Shown piece after piece: positions 49,699 through 58,437 of a DNA stretch of 64,000 nt (positions are counted from its first letter, which is position 1; every line of letters starts with the position of its first letter). Under the pieces are notes generated by a model. It did no database searches. It was not told where the DNA came from and worked only from the letters and a program-made list of their open reading frames with translations. Origin of the DNA: an uncultured delta proteobacterium (GTDB lineage Bacteria > Myxococcota_A > Polyangia > Polyangiales > B10-G4); contig CAVSGI010000017.1 in assembly GCA_963727445.1 (NCBI GenBank), positions 158,372 to 222,371 of the forward strand, read 5' to 3'. The position numbers and the translations under genes are program-made.

Positions 49699-51522
49699 TC
49701 AAGGCATGCTGGGGCTGGTCATCGCGGCGGGGACCGGGAGCTCGGTGCTGTCGAGGTTCACGCCGTTGTCGCGGAAGAGCACCTGCTGCATCACGCGGGA
49801 GATGTCGTAGCCCTCCGCTTGTACGTTGACGCCGACCGGGTTCATCTCGATGGTCCCGTCCCGCAGGTCCACCTCCCCGCCTGGCACGATCTGCACGCCC
49901 GCGAGCGCCGAGTCGGTGATCACGAAACGCTCGGCGTCCAGGTGCCCGCCGTCGAGCGGCACCAGCCCGATCCCGGCGCGCGGCGACTCGCAGCCGAGCT
50001 CGCAGGGCACCGGGAGCGTGTCCTCGATCCGGACGTCACGCAGCGTCACCGATCCATCATAGGACGCGGTCACCGCCGCTTCTCGACAGCGGCCGAAGCG
50101 CGCCCGGCTCACCGAGACCTGCGCGCTCCGCTGGGTGTGGAGGCAGCGACCGAAATTCCCTTCGGCTGCGGGCCCCACCTCGTCGACCACCAGGTCTGAC
50201 AAGGTCGCCGTCGTCATCGCCCCGTCGACGAGGATCCCCAGATCTGCGGTGTGAAGAACGGCCGCGCGCTCCGCGACGAGCTGGGCGCCGGCCGCGAGCT
50301 CGATGCCCCGCCCCTTGGCCCCACCAACGGTGTCAGGCCCCACGACCACCACGTCCCGAATCTCGCCCCCCGAGTAGCTCGTCGAGAGCCCGATATCCGC
50401 GGCGTCCTCGATCCAGATGCGCTGCATCGTGACCGGCCCGGACGAAAACAGCCCCACGGCGATCTCGTCGCCGTGGGCGATCCGCCGCACCACCACGTCC
50501 GTCAGCGTCGAGGTGTCGGAGTCCAGAAGGATCCCCCCCTCCACCGTCCCTTCGACGACCACGCGCTCGAGCGTCGCCTCGGTGCCGCCGAGCTGAATCC
50601 CGATAGCGCGCGTGTCCCGAACGACGACGTCCGTCAGGCGAATCGAGTTCGTCCCGGTGATGGACACGGCTCCCGCGGAAGGAGACGTGATCGATGCGCG
50701 CGACAGCTCCGTGCTCGCGCCGCCGTGCATGTTGAGCACCGCAAATGTGCTGTCACCGAACCCCCGCATGGCGACCTGGTCGAGCACGACGCGGCCGCCG
50801 CTCTGGATCACACCGGTGCCATCGAAGACGGCGGCGCGCACCGTCACCTCGCTGCCCTGCGCCTGAAGGAGGTGGTTTCGATCGGAGCGAAGCTGCAGCT
50901 CACGGAGCTCGACCACACCGGCCGACGTCACCGACACGATGGCCGTCCCGCTGGTCCCCCCGGCCCGCGTGAGCACCACGCCTTCGGCGCAGGCGCCCCA
51001 GAGCTGACGCGGCGCGGTGATGTTGACGCGGCCGTCGTAACTGCCCGTCGCGATCGCGACCACCTCGCCATCCGCCGCGGCATCGACGCCCTCCTGGATC
51101 GTGACGAAGGGGGCGGCCTCTGAGCCGTCTCCGCCCGCCGCAGCGTCTGCACGCACGTACGTCACGCCACTGGATGGGAGTCCGGCGGGCCACCCGTCGC
51201 TCGGGCACGCCGAGCCGACGCGCTCGCAGCCCGCGCCTCCCGGGAAGTGCGCTTCGTGCGGAGCGGCGCAGTCCTGCGCTCCCCCTTCGGGCCAGGGCTC
51301 GCAGACACTCAGCCCCGCGAGCGCCGGGTGCTCCACCTGGCGCCATCCCTCGGGGCAGAGCGAGAAGTCGGGGAGGCTCGGCGGCGCAACTGGCGAGACC
51401 AGGCTTCCGGAGTCGGTGGGATCGGCGTCGGGGACGGAGCTGTCGGTCGCCGCGTCGGAGACCGACCCATCGTCACCACAGGCGAAGAGGAAGACGAAGC
51501 ACAGAGTCGCCCAGCGGATCAC
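49699..51522 (-). CDS. beta-helix lipoprotein, paralogue of 3134..5182
   Basis: Lipobox LFAC and shared CEPWPE, HFPG, GGDGS..PF, GYD..R and NG..L.ST.LP.P segments. Confidence 0.75.
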   Translation of the reverse strand: MIRWATLCFVFLFACGDDGSVSDAATDSSVPDADPTDSGSLVSPVAPPSLPDFSLCPEGWRQVEHPALAGLSVCEPWPEGGAQDCAAPHEAHFPGGAGCERVGSACPSDGWPAGLPSSGVTYVRADAAAGGDGSEAAPFVTIQEGVDAAADGEVVAIATGSYDGRVNITAPRQLWGACAEGVVLTRAGGTSGTAIVSVTSAGVVELRELQLRSDRNHLLQAQGSEVTVRAAVFDGTGVIQSGGRVVLDQVAMRGFGDSTFAVLNMHGGASTELSRASITSPSAGAVSITGTNSIRLTDVVVRDTRAIGIQLGGTEATLERVVVEGTVEGGILLDSDTSTLTDVVVRRIAHGDEIAVGLFSSGPVTMQRIWIEDAADIGLSTSYSGGEIRDVVVVGPDTVGGAKGRGIELAAGAQLVAERAAVLHTADLGILVDGAMTTATLSDLVVDEVGPAAEGNFGRCLHTQRSAQVSVSRARFGRCREAAVTASYDGSVTLRDVRIEDTLPVPCELGCESPRAGIGLVPLDGGHLDAERFVITDSALAGVQIVPGGEVDLRDGTIEMNPVGVNVQAEGYDISRVMQQVLFRDNGVNLDSTELPVPAAMTSPSMP

Positions 51523-51598
51523 CCTCTGAGCTTACCTCATGGCGCGCGCCGCCCTCGCCAAGAGTGCTCCGAGCGTGCAGCATGGAGACGTGCGGAGC

Positions 51599-52129
51599 AT
51601 GTTCTTCTCTTGTTTGATGGCGGCCGCGGTGCTGCCCGCCTGCTACACGAGTCACAGCGCCACCGACGGGCCGAGCGGCAGTGACGCGAGCGCGCGCGAC
51701 GCGAGCGTCCGCGACGGCGCCCCGCGCGATGTCGGCGTCCGCGATGCGACCACCCGCGACGGACGTGTCGTCGACGCCGAGCCGCCTCCTCCGCCGCCGG
51801 ACCTGATCATGGAGGGGTGCGCCCTGATCTGTGACGTCTCGGTCCGCTGCTTCGGCGAGCCCCCGTCGGGATCGTGCATCGACGACTGCGCGATGGTGAG
51901 CATGGTGCTCACCTCCGACGTCTGCGCCGAGCTCTGGTTCGAGCTGGGCCAGTGTGTACAGGACGCCTCCTGCGACGTCCTGATGAGCGGCGGCCCACGG
52001 GAGATCTGCGGACCGGTCGCGGAGCGGCTCTCCGCCGAGTGTGGGATCGACTTCGGCGACGGAGGGATGATGGGAGGCGGCGGTAGCGGTAGCGGTAGCG
52101 GTGGCGGCGGTGGTCGACGCGGCGGCTGA
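51599..52129 (+). CDS. Cys-rich lipoprotein (start uncertain)
   Basis: Lipobox LPAC, RD(A/G) linker repeats, helical Cys pattern and Gly/Ser tail. Confidence 0.6.
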   Translation: MFFSCLMAAAVLPACYTSHSATDGPSGSDASARDASVRDGAPRDVGVRDATTRDGRVVDAEPPPPPPDLIMEGCALICDVSVRCFGEPPSGSCIDDCAMVSMVLTSDVCAELWFELGQCVQDASCDVLMSGGPREICGPVAERLSAECGIDFGDGGMMGGGGSGSGSGGGGGRRGG

Positions 52130-52167
52130 CGCCCGATCGCCCGTGTACCCGCATCACCGGGCTCGTT

Positions 52168-52872
52168 ATGATTCCCGCGGTGCGCCGGCTCCTCGCTCTC
52201 CTCGCCTTCCTCCTCGCTCCCGCGCTCGCGCCGCGGGTGGCGGCGGCCGACATCGGTGACGATCTCTTTCAGATCACGCTCCTCTACGAGCAGGCCTACA
52301 AGGGCTTCATCCTCCTGGACGGCGACGCGCTGAAGGTCGGCACCAACGGGACTCAGGGCGTCGACCTGCGCCTCGAGCTCCTGGCGGGCCGGTCGATCGG
52401 GATCGGCGTCGAGGGGAGCGCGAGCTGGATCCGCATGGGTCACCAGTTCGTCCCGCTGGTCTACGTGGGCAGCCAGCCCTTCGGCATGACGATCAACGAC
52501 GGCCGGCACCTGTTGTACGGTGGCGGCGGCTTTCTACGCGTGCGCTTCCTGTTGAACGACGGTCGCGGCGAGTACTACCTCATCGGCGGCGGCGGCGTCG
52601 GAATGCTCAACCAGGACGGGAGCGACCCCAACCAGTACGGCTCGTCCCTCGCGGGCGCGAACGCCCTGGGCTGGAGCTCCTATGCGCGCTTCGGCCTGCG
52701 CGGGGAGCTCACCCCCGGTCTCGGCGCGCTGGTCGAGGTGGGCTGGGTCCACCGCGAGCACCTGGGCGCCTTCGAGCACACCCTCGACGTCGGCGGCTCT
52801 TCGGTCACGCGCCACTTCGACTACGTGATCAACCAGCTGAGCATCGAAGTCGGCTGGTACTTCTCGCCTTAG
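52168..52872 (+). CDS. exported beta-barrel-like protein
   Basis: Signal peptide, amphipathic strands and C-terminal IEVGWYF. Confidence 0.6.
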   Translation: MIPAVRRLLALLAFLLAPALAPRVAAADIGDDLFQITLLYEQAYKGFILLDGDALKVGTNGTQGVDLRLELLAGRSIGIGVEGSASWIRMGHQFVPLVYVGSQPFGMTINDGRHLLYGGGGFLRVRFLLNDGRGEYYLIGGGGVGMLNQDGSDPNQYGSSLAGANALGWSSYARFGLRGELTPGLGALVEVGWVHREHLGAFEHTLDVGGSSVTRHFDYVINQLSIEVGWYFSP

Positions 52873-52879
52873 TGCCTGG

Positions 52880-53443
52880 TCAGTCTTCGAGCTCGGGGGC
52901 GAGCTCGGCGGCGGCTTCGGCGGCGACGGCCTTCTTCACGTACCAGCGAACCAGCAAGCCGACGCACGCCAGCGGAAGCACCGTGAGGATCACGAAGGTC
53001 ACGATGTACGCGATGCGATTCGCTTCGTTCCCGCTCAGGCAGCCAGGACACGCGAAAGCCACCGTCGGCAGCCCCAGGATCATCAGGGTGACCAGGACCG
53101 CTGTGCCGAGGCTCCGACCGAGGCGCACTGACGGTGCGCCGCAGGGAGGGGCCGAGGAGGTAAGCCGGCCCATGACGTGACTGGGCCACACGGACTGATG
53201 CCGTCCAGTTGCGTCAGCCGCCGAGCGCCCCTGCAGGCTCCGACCGAGGCGCACTGACGGTGCGCCGCAGGGAGGGGCCGAGGAGGTAAGCCGGCGGATG
53301 ACGTGACTGGGCCACACGGACTGATGCCGTCCAGTTGCGTCAGCCGCCGAGCGCCCCCGCAGGCTCCGACCGAGGCGCACTGACGGTGCGCCGCAGGGAG
53401 GGGCCGAGGAGGTAAGCCGGCGGATGACGTGACTGGGCGGCAT
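52880..53443 (-). CDS. small membrane protein closing the oxidase operon (CxxC + TM), N-terminus extended by a 126-bp repeat
   Basis: TGATG coupling to the upstream subunit III gene. C-terminal AFACPGCLSGNEANRIAYIVTFVILTVLPLACVGLLV. The true start could be downstream (53173 or 53083). Confidence 0.6.
   Translation of the reverse strand: MPPSHVIRRLTSSAPPCGAPSVRLGRSLRGRSAADATGRHQSVWPSHVIRRLTSSAPPCGAPSVRLGRSLQGRSAADATGRHQSVWPSHVMGRLTSSAPPCGAPSVRLGRSLGTAVLVTLMILGLPTVAFACPGCLSGNEANRIAYIVTFVILTVLPLACVGLLVRWYVKKAVAAEAAAELAPELED
53109..53438. repeat. 126-bp tandem repeat (about 2.6 copies) with internal hairpins
   Basis: Units start at 53109, 53235 and 53361 and contain GGCGCAC-TGACG-GTGCGCC. Confidence 0.93.
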
Positions 53444-54033
53444 CAGAGGTAGATCTGCCAGTAGAGGATGGGCCAGATACCCACCACGAAGTACCAGAAT
53501 ACCTGAACCGTCTGGAGCTGGCTCTTGTCGAGGACGCCCTTCGACAGGCGCCACAAAGCCCACCAGAGCGTCAGGATGGCGATCACCGCGTGAAGCGCGT
53601 GCACGCCCACCATCAGATAGAAGAAGCTGCCGTGGGTGCTGGTGGTGAGGGTCAGGCCCTCGTGGATGAGCTGCACCCACTCCACGCCCTGAAACACCAC
53701 GAAGAAGGAGCCGAGCAAGAGCGCCGCGATCATCGGCACCTTGGCCTTCACCGGCTCGACGGCGAAGCGCCGGCCCGCGAAGAAGAGCACCACCCCGCTC
53801 AGGAGGAGGGCCACCGTGTTGAACGCCGTCGCCTCGATCGGAAGCCGCGGCTGGCCGGCGGGCGGCCATCCGTCTGTCGCCATGCCCTCGGAGATCATGA
53901 ACGCAGAGAAGAGCCCCGCGAAGAACATGATCTCGGTGATCACGAAGATGATCATCCCGAGGACGTTGCTCGGCAGGATGGGCTCCCGCCTCCGGGGAGG
54001 CGGACGACGTTCGACTGCGCTCATGGTGGACAT
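53443..54033 (-). CDS. cytochrome c oxidase subunit III-like protein (second copy)
   Basis: GMIIFVITEIMFFAGLF, NTVALLLSG, QGVEW, VHALHA and FWYFVVGIW. Confidence 0.85.
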   Translation of the reverse strand: MSTMSAVERRPPPRRREPILPSNVLGMIIFVITEIMFFAGLFSAFMISEGMATDGWPPAGQPRLPIEATAFNTVALLLSGVVLFFAGRRFAVEPVKAKVPMIAALLLGSFFVVFQGVEWVQLIHEGLTLTTSTHGSFFYLMVGVHALHAVIAILTLWWALWRLSKGVLDKSQLQTVQVFWYFVVGIWPILYWQIYL

Positions 54034-54075
54034 CTGGTACTTCCCATTGCGGCGGTCCAGCCCGCTGAGCGGTGC

Positions 54076-55281
54076 TCAGTCGAACATGCGCCGGCGGATG
54101 AAGTCGGCGGCGTGCCGACGCTCGATTTCAGAGGTGTCAATCGCCGGCGCTTCGGCGATCGCCTCGCCCTCCATGTCGGTCCCTTCCTCGGGCACCGCGA
54201 CACCACCCTCGGGCGCGACCTCGGCTTCCTCGGGCTCCACGACGCCTTCTTCGGCGGTGGGCGTCTCCAAGGCCACGTCGGGGCTGGGGGCGTTCGGCGC
54301 AATCGTCGGCGGCGGCGTGGGGGCTGCGGCCTGCTGCGGCGCCGGGCGGAAGGAGAGCACGAGGTCCGCGAGGCTCTCGATCTCCTCGTGGTCGTACTTG
54401 TGGTCGAAGGCCGGCATGTAGTGGGACCGGCCCACGGCGGCGCCACCCTCGGCGGTCGCGAGGACGATGCGGTCGCGCTCGATGCCCTGGTCCCAGTAGT
54501 CGTGACTGGTGAAGTCGGTGGGCCGGGGATAGATCGCCGTCCCGTCGGCGCCGCGACCGTTGCCGTCCTGGCCGTGACAACCAGCGCAGGACTGCTCCCA
54601 GGCGGTGGCCAGGTCGAAGTTCAGCTCTTCTTCGTGATGATGCGAGGCCGCGTGGGTGGGGCCGAAGCCGGCCTGGTTCACCCAGTTCGCGCCGTCGTGA
54701 TTGAGCACGTCGGGCGAGACCCAGAAGAAGAAGAGCATCATGAAGACCAGCGCCGTGGTGCAGAGCTGCGTGATGAACTTCGGCTCCCGCGGCAGGTGCA
54801 TGAAGTGGCGAATCACGAGGGTCGCTTTGACCACCGCCACGCCGAAAGCGGTGACGAAGGTGATCCAGAACATCCCCATCGCGAGGCCGATGTAGGGACC
54901 GACGTAGCTGATGCCGAAGAGGATGCTCAGCGCCACCCAGATCTTGACGTAGTGGAACTCGTGGTTGTCGACGATGAAGCCGCGCAGAGCGTCCGGAACC
55001 TGGTCGTCCCCGTGGTCATGCCCGCCATGATCGTGCGCGTGACCAGCCTCACCGTGGCCGTGCACGGTCGCGGGCGCGTGTCCGTGCCCATCGTCGGACT
55101 TCGAGCGCGACGCCGCCTTCGAGTCCGACGCCGATTCTTCCTCGTCGTCGGACTCCTCTTCGTCGTCCGTCTCCTCCGCGTCGTCGGACTCGTCCGTGTC
55201 GTCGGACTCCGTCTCCTCGTCCGACTCCTCCTCGGAGGTCTCTTCTTCGTCGTGCTGCTCTTCTTCTTCGTTCGAAGCCAT
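54076..55281 (-). CDS. oxidase subunit IV-family domain fused to a c-type cytochrome, with acidic/His-rich N-terminus
   Basis: YVKIWVAL...AVVKATLVIRHFMHL..EP (COX IV family), then CAGCH...YMPAF. Confidence 0.8.
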   Translation of the reverse strand: MASNEEEEQHDEEETSEEESDEETESDDTDESDDAEETDDEEESDDEEESASDSKAASRSKSDDGHGHAPATVHGHGEAGHAHDHGGHDHGDDQVPDALRGFIVDNHEFHYVKIWVALSILFGISYVGPYIGLAMGMFWITFVTAFGVAVVKATLVIRHFMHLPREPKFITQLCTTALVFMMLFFFWVSPDVLNHDGANWVNQAGFGPTHAASHHHEEELNFDLATAWEQSCAGCHGQDGNGRGADGTAIYPRPTDFTSHDYWDQGIERDRIVLATAEGGAAVGRSHYMPAFDHKYDHEEIESLADLVLSFRPAPQQAAAPTPPPTIAPNAPSPDVALETPTAEEGVVEPEEAEVAPEGGVAVPEEGTDMEGEAIAEAPAIDTSEIERRHAADFIRRRMFD

Positions 55282-55290
55282 CGTCCGTTC

Positions 55291-55866
55291 CTATTTGGCG
55301 ATGTAGAGGAGGGGGAAGAGGAAAATCCAGACGAGGTCGACGAAGTGCCAGTAGAGGCCGATCAGCTCGACCCGTCCGAGCTCGTGGTTGCGCTTCGCCT
55401 GATTCGCGACGAAGCCCATGATGATGGCCCCGGCGAGCACGTGCCCCGCGTGGATGCCTGCGGCGGTGTAATAGAACGACCAGAAGCCGCTGGCGGTGAT
55501 GGTGTAGCCGTGGTGGATCTCCCCGGCCCACTCGTAGCCCTTGATGCACAGGAAGGTCCCTGCACCGGCCATCGTGTAGTAGAGGCGGCGGGCGGCGAGC
55601 TTGCCGTTACCGCGCTCGGCGGCGGCGTGCGCCAGGACCGCGGTGAGGCTCGAGGTGAGCAGCACCATGGTGTTGATGCCGCCGATCCAGGTCTGGGTGT
55701 GCTCCGCGCTCGACGCCCACTCCGGGTGACCGATGCGGTGCATGATGTACGACGCCAGGACGCCCCCGAAGATCACGATCTCCGAGACGATGACCCACCA
55801 CACGGCGAGCTTGCCGGTGGTGACGCCCATGACCGTCCGCTGGGTCGCGATGGGTTTACCCATCAT
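55291..55866 (-). CDS. ctaE: cytochrome c oxidase subunit III
   Basis: KLAVWWVIVSEIVIFGG, NTMVLLTSS, IHAGHV and GLYWHFVDLVWIFLFPLLY. Confidence 0.88.
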   Translation of the reverse strand: MMGKPIATQRTVMGVTTGKLAVWWVIVSEIVIFGGVLASYIMHRIGHPEWASSAEHTQTWIGGINTMVLLTSSLTAVLAHAAAERGNGKLAARRLYYTMAGAGTFLCIKGYEWAGEIHHGYTITASGFWSFYYTAAGIHAGHVLAGAIIMGFVANQAKRNHELGRVELIGLYWHFVDLVWIFLFPLLYIAK

Positions 55867-57623
55867 GACGATGCGCTCCCTTCGGCGTCGGGATCACCGC
55901 CGGGCGGCGGCTCCCACTGTGGCCAGTAATCCTCTTCGCGGTCCGGATGGTTGAACTCGTAGGGCCCGCGATAGACCTTCGGCATGTCCTCCCAGCGGCC
56001 GTGGCCGAAGTTGCCGTGGCCGGGAGGTGAAGGCGCGAGCCACTCGAGGGTGTTCGCCTTCCAGGGATTTCGGCCGGCCTTTTCGCCCCTGAACATGCTC
56101 ATCACGAAGTTGAGCAGGAACAGGATCTGGAAGAGGAGCATGACCACCAGCGAGACGGTGGCGAGGATGCGCAGGTGCTGCTGCCACGGCTCGAAGAGCT
56201 CCGGGAAGTGCTCGTAGGAGTAGATGCGGCGATGCTGTCCGCTCATCCCGAGCACGAAGAGCGGGATGAAGATCAGGTTGAAGGGGATGATCGTGCCCCA
56301 GAAATGCACCTTCCCCAGGCTCTCGTTCAGATGCCGCCCGAACATCTTCGGGAACCAGTAGGTGATCCCGGCGAAGGTGCCGATGATGGCGATTGGGAAG
56401 AACGTGTAGTGGAAGTGCGCGAGCACGAAGTAGGTGTCGTGGAAGTAGATGTCCGCGCCGCTCGCGCCGAGGAAGATCCCGGTGACGCCGCCGATCAGGA
56501 ACTCGAAGATGAAGGCGAGCGCCCAGAGCATCGGCGTGGTGAAGCGGATCGAGCCGCCGTAGAGCGTCGCGATGTAGACGAACATCATCTCGGCGATCGG
56601 GATCGAGATGAGCACCGTGGTCGCCGTGAAGAGGTTCGCCATGCGCGGGTCGATGCCGGCGACGAACTGATGGTGGGCCCAGACGAAGAAGCTGAGCACG
56701 CCGGTGGCGATGGCGGTGTAGAGCACCGTCTTGTAGCCGAAGAGCTTCTTGCGGCTGAAGGTGGTGATGATCTCGGCGACCATGCCCATGGCGGGCAGGA
56801 GCACGACGTACACCTCCGGGTGGCCGAAGAACCAGAAGAGGTGCTGCCAGAGGATCGGATCACCGCCGGCCGCGGGATCGAAGAAGTGCGTCCCGAGCTG
56901 CTGGTCGAAGAGCAGCATGATGGCGCCAGCGATCAGCGGGCCGACCGACGCCATGAAGAGCACGGACGCCACCACGATCATCCACACGACCATCGGCACG
57001 TCCGTGTAGCGCATGCCAGGGGCGCGCGAGTTCATGGTGGTGGTGATGAAGTTGATGCCGCCCAGCAGGAAGGCCACGAACTCCAGCGCCACCGCGACCA
57101 GCCACATCGTCGAGCCGAGGGGCGTCAGGCTGTAGGCCGACTGCGCCGACAGGGGCGGATAGGACGTCCAGGCGCCGCCGAAGCCGCCGCCTGGCACGAA
57201 GAAGGACGCGATCAGGATGATCGCGCTGATCAAGAACACCTGGTAGCTGAGCCGGTTGATGCGCGGGAACACCATGTCGTCGGCGCCCAGCATCAGCGGG
57301 ATCAGGTAGTTGCCGAAGGCGGCGATCAGCACGGGCATCGCGACCCAGAAGATCATGATGGTGCCGTGGTTGGTGACCAGCTGGTTGTAGTCGGCGGGGG
57401 AGACGACGCCCCAGGTGGGGACGTGCTCGCCGGGGAAGGCGAGCTGCATGCGGAAGGCGTACGCGAAGTAGCCTCCGATCATCGCCATGAGCATGCCGGT
57501 GAAGAGGTACTGGAAGCAGATGATCTTGTGGTCGGTCGACCACAGGTACTTGATCACCCAGTGCTGATCTTCGTGATGCGCGTCGTGCGCGTGATCGTGT
57601 GCGTGGGGCGCTGCGGTAGCCAT
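55863..57623 (-). CDS. ctaD: heme-copper oxidase subunit I (A-type, atypical K-channel)
   Basis: STDHK, TNHG, WFFGHPEVY, WAHH, HDTY, AHFHY and RR pair; all six His ligands are present. Confidence 0.95.
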   Translation of the reverse strand: MATAAPHAHDHAHDAHHEDQHWVIKYLWSTDHKIICFQYLFTGMLMAMIGGYFAYAFRMQLAFPGEHVPTWGVVSPADYNQLVTNHGTIMIFWVAMPVLIAAFGNYLIPLMLGADDMVFPRINRLSYQVFLISAIILIASFFVPGGGFGGAWTSYPPLSAQSAYSLTPLGSTMWLVAVALEFVAFLLGGINFITTTMNSRAPGMRYTDVPMVVWMIVVASVLFMASVGPLIAGAIMLLFDQQLGTHFFDPAAGGDPILWQHLFWFFGHPEVYVVLLPAMGMVAEIITTFSRKKLFGYKTVLYTAIATGVLSFFVWAHHQFVAGIDPRMANLFTATTVLISIPIAEMMFVYIATLYGGSIRFTTPMLWALAFIFEFLIGGVTGIFLGASGADIYFHDTYFVLAHFHYTFFPIAIIGTFAGITYWFPKMFGRHLNESLGKVHFWGTIIPFNLIFIPLFVLGMSGQHRRIYSYEHFPELFEPWQQHLRILATVSLVVMLLFQILFLLNFVMSMFRGEKAGRNPWKANTLEWLAPSPPGHGNFGHGRWEDMPKVYRGPYEFNHPDREEDYWPQWEPPPGGDPDAEGSASS

Positions 57624-57627
57624 CGCC

Positions 57628-58326
57628 TTACTCCTGCTCCATGACCTGCGCGACCGGCGCGGGGGAGTTTGCTTCGATCCAGGCCTGGTGCTCCTCCGAA
57701 TGCTGGAGGATCAGGCGCGCGCCCATGATGCCGTGGCCGATGCCGCACATCTCCGCGCACTGGATGCCGTACTCGCCGGTGATCGTGGGCTTGAACCAGC
57801 CCGTGATCTCGCGGCCGGGGATCGCGTCCTGTTTGAGTCGGAAGATCGGCACCGAGAAGTCGTGCAGGACGTCGACCGACGAGAGCTTGTAGTGATAGGT
57901 CTTGCCCTCTTCGAGGTAGAGCTCGTCGACGGTGTAGATGTCGTCGGGCGTGTCGAGCTCTCCGTCCCGGCCGGGATGGACGAAGGTCCACGCCCATTGC
58001 TGGCCGATCACGCGGATCGTCGCGTCGGCTTCGGGGAAGGTCTGTTTGACGTCGACCCAGACCTGCACCGCGACGACGATGATGAGGACGTCGCAGATGA
58101 GGATCAGGGCGTGGGGCCAGGTCACCCAGCGCTTCAACTCCGGCTCGTCGCCGGTGATGTACTCGCCCCTCTCGTCCTTCTTCGCGCGATAGCGCCAGAG
58201 GAGCCAGAAGAACATGCCGGCGGTGATCGCGAACCAGATGCCCGTGACCACCGCGATCAACCAGACGACGAAGTCGATGTTGGCGGCGTAAGAGGAGCCC
58301 TCGGGGATGAAAATCGGTTGGAACAT
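57628..58326 (-). CDS. ctaC: cytochrome c oxidase subunit II
   Basis: Two TM helices, GQQWAW and CuA ligands DVLH...CAEMCGIGHGIM. Confidence 0.93.
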   Translation of the reverse strand: MFQPIFIPEGSSYAANIDFVVWLIAVVTGIWFAITAGMFFWLLWRYRAKKDERGEYITGDEPELKRWVTWPHALILICDVLIIVVAVQVWVDVKQTFPEADATIRVIGQQWAWTFVHPGRDGELDTPDDIYTVDELYLEEGKTYHYKLSSVDVLHDFSVPIFRLKQDAIPGREITGWFKPTITGEYGIQCAEMCGIGHGIMGARLILQHSEEHQAWIEANSPAPVAQVMEQE

Positions 58327-58436
58327 CAGAGCATCGTCCAGATGAAGGCGGCGCCGATCGCGAGAGCAGCGCCGAACATCGTGATCATGAAGACTTTGGT
58401 CGCGAGGGAATCGTAGCTTTCGTCTTTGCCGGCCAT
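58326..58436 (-). CDS. 36-aa single-TM protein (candidate small oxidase subunit)
   Basis: MAGKDESYDSLATKVFMITMFGAALAIGAAFIWTML starts 1 nt after the cytochrome stop and overlaps subunit II by TGATG. Confidence 0.72.
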   Translation of the reverse strand: MAGKDESYDSLATKVFMITMFGAALAIGAAFIWTML

Positions 58437-58437
58437 G

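Noticed and set aside
53190..53225. Hammerhead ribozyme in the 126-bp repeat (CTGATG)
   Set aside because: The core reads CTGATGC rather than CTGATGA and no matching GAAA is present.
55863..57623. Subunit I as a canonical nitric oxide reductase
   Set aside because: It retains HPEVY with the cross-link Tyr, an A-type D-channel and a CuA subunit II, and lacks the cNOR/qNOR HLWVEG motif.
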